From contig CAJFCJ010000005.1 in NCBI GenBank assembly GCA_904063045.1, positions 2,061,988 through 2,125,987 of the forward strand: a DNA stretch of 64,000 nt, written 5' to 3'. A program made the position numbers and the translations under genes. The notes beneath the pieces are model-generated. The model worked only from the letters and a program-made list of their open reading frames with translations. It ran no database searches and was not told where the DNA came from. Source of the DNA: Dimorphilus gyrociliatus. Lineage: Eukaryota > Animalia > Annelida. Each line of letters begins with the position of its first letter. Position 1 is the first letter of the stretch. Below, piece after piece: positions 57,891 to 64,000 of the stretch.

Positions 57891-60800
57891 TTATAGAAAA
57901 GAAGTCTGGTATGTTGCAGTAGTTGAGCCTTTGAGGTGAATAAAATTGTGTTCCAAATAGTGAAGAAATCTATTAAACACAAAAGAATATTAAACGATTT
58001 ATTTATCTATAAAATAAAGAATAAATATTAAAACCTTCTCCTTGAATTGCATATCTTCCTATCATTCTCGATTTTACATATAGCTCTTATTGCTGGAGAT
58101 ACATCTAAGGCAACTGAAGAGTGATTTGTGCCGGTTAAAGTAAAGGATAAATCCTTAATTTCCTTACAAGTATTATGTATTTGAGCTTGCCTGTTGACAT
58201 TGAAAAAGAGAATATTTTTTTAGTTTAGGTGTCAGCTTGTCTTTGTTATGCATTTCTTCAATTTTTACCTATTCAATTTGATATTACTTCTTTGAAAACG
58301 ATACGATGCTAGATCAAGATTATTGCCTAGTGATCGTGCGCATTTCATTGTTTCCAATTGGACAAAGTAATCGATATTTCGCTCGATATCTTCATTGCGT
58401 TTTTCTTCAATTGATGGCTGGCATTCGGACGAATCATCTAATTGATAGCGTAAACAAGATGATGTGTTTGTTTGATGGCAGCGTTTAATTAAGTCATTAA
58501 TGCATCTGCTATCGAATAGTTTAGCAATTTTCCGCAATGAGTTTGAAGCTTTATTCTTTTCCTTCTCTTCCCCTTCATCTACTTTAAGTGTTGTTGCTTT
58601 TAGACAGTTTTCTAATACATTTTCGGTAACGTCAAGTTGATGAGCTTCGGCCAATTGAAGTAAATCAGTAAAGCAACGATTTGATAAATTCTACAATATT
58701 TAACTACAATAAACTATACAATATTTATTATTTAGTTAATTGACTTACCAATTCGGTGAAACATAGAGGAGACAATTTATAAAATGGTATATTCAACAAA
58801 TCAGACAAACATAAATGTCTTTCAATAATCTTATCAGGCTTAATTTCTGCCTTCTCTGCCTGTTAATTAAATAAGTTATTCTCGAATTTTTTTTTTAGCA
58901 CAAACAAAAATCAAAAGAATGTTACCTTCAGTGAATGGTAATTGGATTTTGAACTTGCTCCCGATTCTATCCAGTACTCTAATAGATTTAGGCATTTCTT
59001 TATATCGCAATTTAGACTTTCTGCTATTCTCTCCATATCCTCCCAATATGTCGGTATATTTTTAGCAAGGCAGACTAATTGCAGATAACATGCAATAGTT
59101 TTCTGTTTCAAAATGATTATTTTAGTTTTTTTTTAACAAATAAACTTACTTACCGGTGAAGGTCGACCCATATCCCAGTGTTCCACCATACATCCATTTA
59201 ATTTACTTTCTAAGGCTACGGGTAAATGAGAAAGCAAGATAATAACAGGTCGTTTCGTTGTTAAAATGATTGTAGATATCGCGGAATAAAACCCTTTTTC
59301 ATCATCAAAGAGGATATCGGCCTTATTTGAAAGTACATCGAGATTAAATAGTAATAAAAAAAGCATAACAATCAATTTCTTACGTCATCGAATAAAATGA
59401 GCGATGCGTTAGATAACTGTAAAGACGTTTCTCTAGTCGAGTCACTCGAGTCAATTGTAGCAGATGAACCTTTAACTTTATTCTTTTGATTTACTGCGAA
59501 ATTCATAATGGAATTTCCTAGAAATAGGGAGTTTAATATTTTTCGAGAAGATGTAATTATTATTAAATAACTAACTGGGATCGGATTTGTTACAAACTCT
59601 ATGGGACTGAGTAGCTTCTTGTAGTTGAGCCAGAACATTTTTACCATTACGCAGGGAAGAAGAGTTTACTTCAAAGATCTAATAGACAAAAGTAATTTTT
59701 ATGAGGTGATAAATCGGAATTAGATTAAGATATACCTTGTAACCTAATTCTTCTGCAACTGTGCTAATTAAAGTGCTTTTACCACACCCGACTGGACCAG
59801 AAATAATTACAGCATTGGATAGATCTTCATACTCATTTTCAGAGCTTTGATAAGTGTCATCCGCCTCGTCATCCATAACTAATAAAATATTTTTTTTTTG
59901 TTATTAAAGAATTTTTCTTGGAAATTTTTATAAAACTTCTAATATTAAAAGGTTATTTTATACCTCTTTTAAGTGGATCTTTCTTCTTCGCAGCTTTTCT
60001 TGCATTTTTCTCTTGCTCTTTACGTAACTTTTTTAAATCTGCATCAGTCTTATTTTTCCAATCAATTAACCAACTTTTGAACTTTTTCACTACTTGACGG
60101 TTACCAAGCATTTGAGATGCTTTAGTCGGCTTTAACAAACTCGTAAGAGTCATAAAAGTTGAATTAGCTGTTTTCACTATGATGAAAGGATGAAATAAAT
60201 AACAGTTTAGTTAGATTTTATATTGAAGTATATATTTACTTTTCGTGCAAAGACACTTGTAAAGCTTTTCCACCGGGAAATCTTGATTTCTTTCTATAAT
60301 CTCTTTGAGTAAAGATCCCTTTAGATCTTTATCGAGTTTAATTTCCTGTTTTTTCTATAAAGTTACGTGATACTGATAAAGTAATACATTTGAAATATGA
60401 TACAAACCGGAATTTCATTTGGTTTTCTATCAATTAAATCTAATAAATCTCTCACTGACGAGGATTCTAGAGAGATATATTTTTTGCTATCTTCATTCAA
60501 GCTTAATTTTTTAACGTGAGGTGTTAAAATAAAGTCTTCTCCTTGCAGCGTATGATTAGGATAAGGAATAGGAGGATATTTTGACAATATTGGATCTATA
60601 GAAGATCTTTTAACAGTTTCGGGAACTTGACTCATTAAAAATTTCTTTCTTTTCTCGATTGCTTCCTGGGAAAGAGTGCAAATTTTTTTAGGCTCTGGTT
60701 CATCTTCCGAAGATTCTGGATCCCCTTTTTTCTTAAAAAAGTTGACTAGTTTCGATTTCCTTTTCTTCTTCTCATTCGTCTTTTTTGGTTCCATTTCATC

Positions 60801-61330
60801 AAGTGACGAGTTTGTCTGATTAATTTTCAAAAAAAAAAAGAATTTTCATCCTCTTGTTATTTTGTAAGGAAAAGAAAATCAATAAGAAAGGATCAAAGTT
60901 ACCTCTAAACTTGTCATTTTGACAGATAGACGTGCTGAACGTCTTTTAAGAAAGGTTTTGTCGTTTAATTGGTTTTTTGTTTCACTTGTCTATGGAAAAA
61001 GTGCACGTCTTGATATTTCGAACTGATTTAAAGATGAATTTCAACTTACTTTATCCTTATTACTAGTGACTTCAATTTCTTCAATATCTCCTGAAGAGGA
61101 TCCTTGGTTTGTTTTAGTTCCCATTTGACTTAAATCTTGATGAGATACGTTTTCCTTTTGATTATTAAAGTCTGATCCACTGTCTAAGTCTGAAGATGGC
61201 GAAGTGAACCAGCATGTCAAAGGCTTTAAATGAGATTTTTTTGACACCTATGATATGAAACTAATTAATGATTGGTTGATTGTGAGATGACATACTCAGC
61301 TACCTTTCCCTCATTTCTTTGGTCACTCAT
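57891..61330 (-). CDS. ATAD5: ATAD5/ELG1 RFC-like PCNA unloader
   Basis: FKSWLIDWK, Walker A ISGPVGCGKS, SLILFDDV, TTKRPVIIL, C-terminal RFLHYL. First exon MSDQRNEGK is inferred. Confidence 0.9.
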
Positions 61331-61650
61331 TTCAAGTTTAATTTTATTGACTGCGACTTTTTAACTTTCTACTATTTAATGAAATAGTATAGATAAATTG
61401 CAATTCAAAGCATAAAAGTAGTGACCTTGACATTAGAAAGCGCCAGTTTGAGGCTTCGGTATGTAAGAAAAATAGTTCTAAAGAAAGTACTTATTATCTT
61501 CATTTTTTGGCATTACTAAAAATTTATTAATAACGTAATTACATTAAAACTGATATATTTTCATATCCTAGTGCTCATATCGGGAAATAGTAAAACATTT
61601 AGGGCGCGCATGAATAGTAGTCTACGATCCGGCGCCATTACCGGAAATCG

Positions 61651-61660
61651 TCCTTTTTTC
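61651..61660 (+). promoter_or_regulatory. TCT/5'TOP pyrimidine tract of RPS9
   Basis: TCCTTTTTTC 41 nt upstream of the ATG, preceded by an ETS-like CCGGAA. Typical of ribosomal-protein promoters. Confidence 0.7.
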
Positions 61661-61700
61661 ACGGACTGTCGAAGGAACAACACGTGCTAGGGAAAAAACC

Positions 61701-62515
61701 ATGCCTGGCCGAAAACCAATCGTTTTCTCGCGTACCTACACCACCCCACGTAGACCTTATGAAAAGGAACGTCTAGACCAAGAATTGAAACTCATTGGAG
61801 AGTACGGACTTCGTAATAAGAGAGAAGTATGGAGAGTCAAGTACACGTTGGCCAGAATCCGTAAAGCCGCCAGAGAACTCCTCACCTTGGAAGATAAAGA
61901 CCCAAAACGTCTTTTTGAGGGTAATGCTCTCTTGAGACGTCTTGTAAGAATTGGCGTATTGGATGAAACTAAAATGAAGCTCGATTACGTCTTGGGTCTT
62001 CGTCTTGAAGACTTTTTGGAACGTCGTCTACAAACCCAAGTATTCAAATTGGGTATGGCCAAGTCCATTCATCACGCTCGTGTCCTGATTAGACAGCGTC
62101 ATATTCGGTAAGCAAATTACTCGCCCGTAGGCCAATTTGGCTAAAGCCATACGCCTGCGCCCCATAATTTGGTACTAGTGGTAAGTACAATAAGGGGCAT
62201 CCATTTTTCCAGTACAAATGAGTTTTAAAACTCAAAAAGTGAATATAATAATAAGACCGTTTTCAATTTCAGCGTTCGTAAACAAGTTGTTAATGTTCCA
62301 TCATATGTTGTCCGCTTGGACTCACAAAAGCATATTGCTTTCTCACTCCATTCACCATTGGACTCTGGACGTCCAGGTAATTTATACATCATAAATCTAT
62401 AATAATCACTGTCAAACTATTTGCTAATATATTGTAAATTTCTACAGGACGTGTTAAGAGAAAGAACATGCGTAAGGCTCAAGGTGGAGCTGGTGATGAA
62501 GAAGACGAAGATTAA
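61701..62515 (+). CDS. RPS9: 40S ribosomal protein S9 (uS4). Exons 61701-62107, 62273-~62376, ~62448-62515
   Basis: [35 protein letters not shown]...[36 protein letters not shown]. Confidence 0.99.
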
Positions 62516-62626
62516 AATGTTAATTTTTGTGTATGAAATAATACACTTGTAATGAAATGAAAATGTTTTTCGTGTATTTATTAGCTATATAAAAAACATA
62601 CAAAACAAAAAATATTTGAGATAAAA

Positions 62627-63973
62627 TTAAAACTTAATTAGTTTATGAGCAGGAAACACAACTTCACTTATATCATCGTAGCCTCCAGAAATCAGCTTCT
62701 CCTGATCAATCCTATTCCATAACCCAGTCTTATAATCACTATGCGCTTTCGAATTTAGCTTGTTTCTTTTGTTTCGTAGCAATAGTAGGAGGTTATCGTG
62801 AAGAATATCTTGACATATTGCTTGTTGTTTTAACTCTTGTAAATTGTCCTTTCTACCAACAATTATACTAAGCGCTTGACGTACTTTATTGATGAGTTCT
62901 AAATCCAATTCGGTTAATTCAACATCAAACTCCACTTCGATATCGTTATCGGGATGAATACTATTATTAGTGTCTATCTCGTAGCCTAGTCCACAAATAG
63001 CACCGACAATTTGCCCTCTCTTATTAATGCGATATTCAGCAAAAGGACAAAAGAGAAGTGGAACTAATGAAGTTAAACCACTAATATTTGGCAAGATTGT
63101 TGTGCTTCTCATCTGAAGTCTTCTACCAGTCAAGATCGAATCTCCTCCAACCATCATGCGCATTGTATCCTCACGCCAGCTATCGTCGAGGGGAACAGAG
63201 TTTACCGAATTGGGGCTCACGACTGTTGTTAATTGACTTCCAACTGAGGTCATCATTGTATATGTACTCTCAATTGGACTATAAGGTCCTTTTAGTTTAA
63301 CGATCCTGGATGGAAATATCGACCCATCCTTTCTTTTGTCTTCAAATTCTTTGACCAACAGAGCAGCGTTAGAGGAGAGCTTGTAGTTCTTATTTCTTTC
63401 AATCTGAGAAGGATCCTTTTGGTACTCTGACCTCTTTTCATGCTCTCTCTTTGATTGAGCAGTTTCCGGTAATTCCTTACAAATGTTGCGGTCTATTAAC
63501 CAACGATTCACGTTTAATTCTTCAATGTATAATGTAATTCTTATCTCATCGTTGATAACCGAATAAATTTTACCGACGACTGGAAGTGATTCTTGACCAA
63601 GTAATAAATCAGAAAAATGTTGATTTTGTTCCTGAGTATATGAACTGAAAGCAGGGCAAACACCCGCCAAACAGCATTTTAAAGCCTGACCCGGAATTTC
63701 TTTTATAGAATCTGGAAGAGCTTTTAATTTCCGTAACTCCACTAAATCAATATTACCATAATCAATATAAAAGACGCTTGCCATCTTCTTTGAAATATCT
63801 ATAGATCGAATTTTTGCTCTGTAATAGCAAACATTTCCGCTGCTATAATAGGGAGCCGCAACTAAAGAGCCTGTTCGAATTTCTTTCTCTCTTAAATATG
63901 TTACACTTTTATTTGCCATCTTATCAATGTATTTCAACTCCTCTTCGTAGTCCAAGTTATTTGCATAAAACAA
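62627..63973 (-). CDS. TDRD9: TDRD9/spindle-E piRNA helicase, 3' part (Tudor + C-terminal domain); gene extends beyond the window
   Basis: Tudor YYRAKI...VFYIDYGN, LKGPYSP, VNSV, TTILPNISGL..L..LLFCP, GAICGLG, DIEVEFDV. Confidence 0.88.
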   Translation of the reverse strand: MFYANNLDYEEELKYIDKMANKSVTYLREKEIRTGSLVAAPYYSSGNVCYYRAKIRSIDISKKMASVFYIDYGNIDLVELRKLKALPDSIKEIPGQALKCCLAGVCPAFSSYTQEQNQHFSDLLLGQESLPVVGKIYSVINDEIRITLYIEELNVNRWLIDRNICKELPETAQSKREHEKRSEYQKDPSQIERNKNYKLSSNAALLVKEFEDKRKDGSIFPSRIVKLKGPYSPIESTYTMMTSVGSQLTTVVSPNSVNSVPLDDSWREDTMRMMVGGDSILTGRRLQMRSTTILPNISGLTSLVPLLFCPFAEYRINKRGQIVGAICGLGYEIDTNNSIHPDNDIEVEFDVELTELDLELINKVRQALSIIVGRKDNLQELKQQAICQDILHDNLLLLLRNKRNKLNSKAHSDYKTGLWNRIDQEKLISGGYDDISEVVFPAHKLIKF

Positions 63974-64000
63974 ATTACAATTTATAATGACGGTCGGTCT

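Noticed and set aside
62118-62220. H/ACA snoRNA interpretation of the RPS9 intron hairpins
   Set aside because: No H box (ANANNA) between the two hairpins, which abut directly, and the ACA is not positioned right after hairpin 2.
1-64000. CRISPR arrays, tRNA, rRNA, prokaryotic systems
   Set aside because: None seen. The sequence is spliceosomal-intron-containing animal DNA, and the TTG/GTG 'starts' in the ORF track are artefacts of exon fragments.

Overview
Eukaryotic (animal) genomic DNA, AT-rich and very gene-dense: about 20 protein-coding genes in 64 kb, with most introns 45-130 nt. The gene content (delta-type protocadherin, achacin-like oxidase, TEX14, CTCF-like motifs) and the compaction suggest a spiralian with a miniaturised genome. 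The annelid Dimorphilus gyrociliatus is my best guess, but this is inference. Gene order: protocadherin 3' part (+), TBC1D1/4 (-), UCH-L3-like (+), two head-to-head claudin/PMP22-like tetraspans (-/+), FAD amine/L-amino-acid oxidase (-), TRPC-like channel (+), MRTO4 (-), 14-3-3 (+), MZT1 (+), TEX14-like (+), CENP-E (+), KIAA2013 (+), aprataxin (+), secreted LRR protein (+), giant C2H2 zinc-finger protein (-), THAP ORF (-), ATAD5 (-), RPS9 (+), TDRD9 3' part (-). The most interesting signal is RNA-level. The 14-3-3 gene has two consecutive pairs of duplicated, mutually exclusive exons, and a perfect 12-bp intronic complement brackets exon 2B. UCH has a candidate 80-codon cassette exon that lands in the substrate-filtering crossover loop. 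One tetraspan has two alternative TM3-TM4 terminal exons. RPS9 has a hairpin-embedded poison 5' splice site. There is a candidate intronic C/D snoRNA in MRTO4 and a probable THAP-to-zinc-finger splice fusion. All exon models were read by eye from splice signals and reading-frame phase. No database search or RNA data were available.
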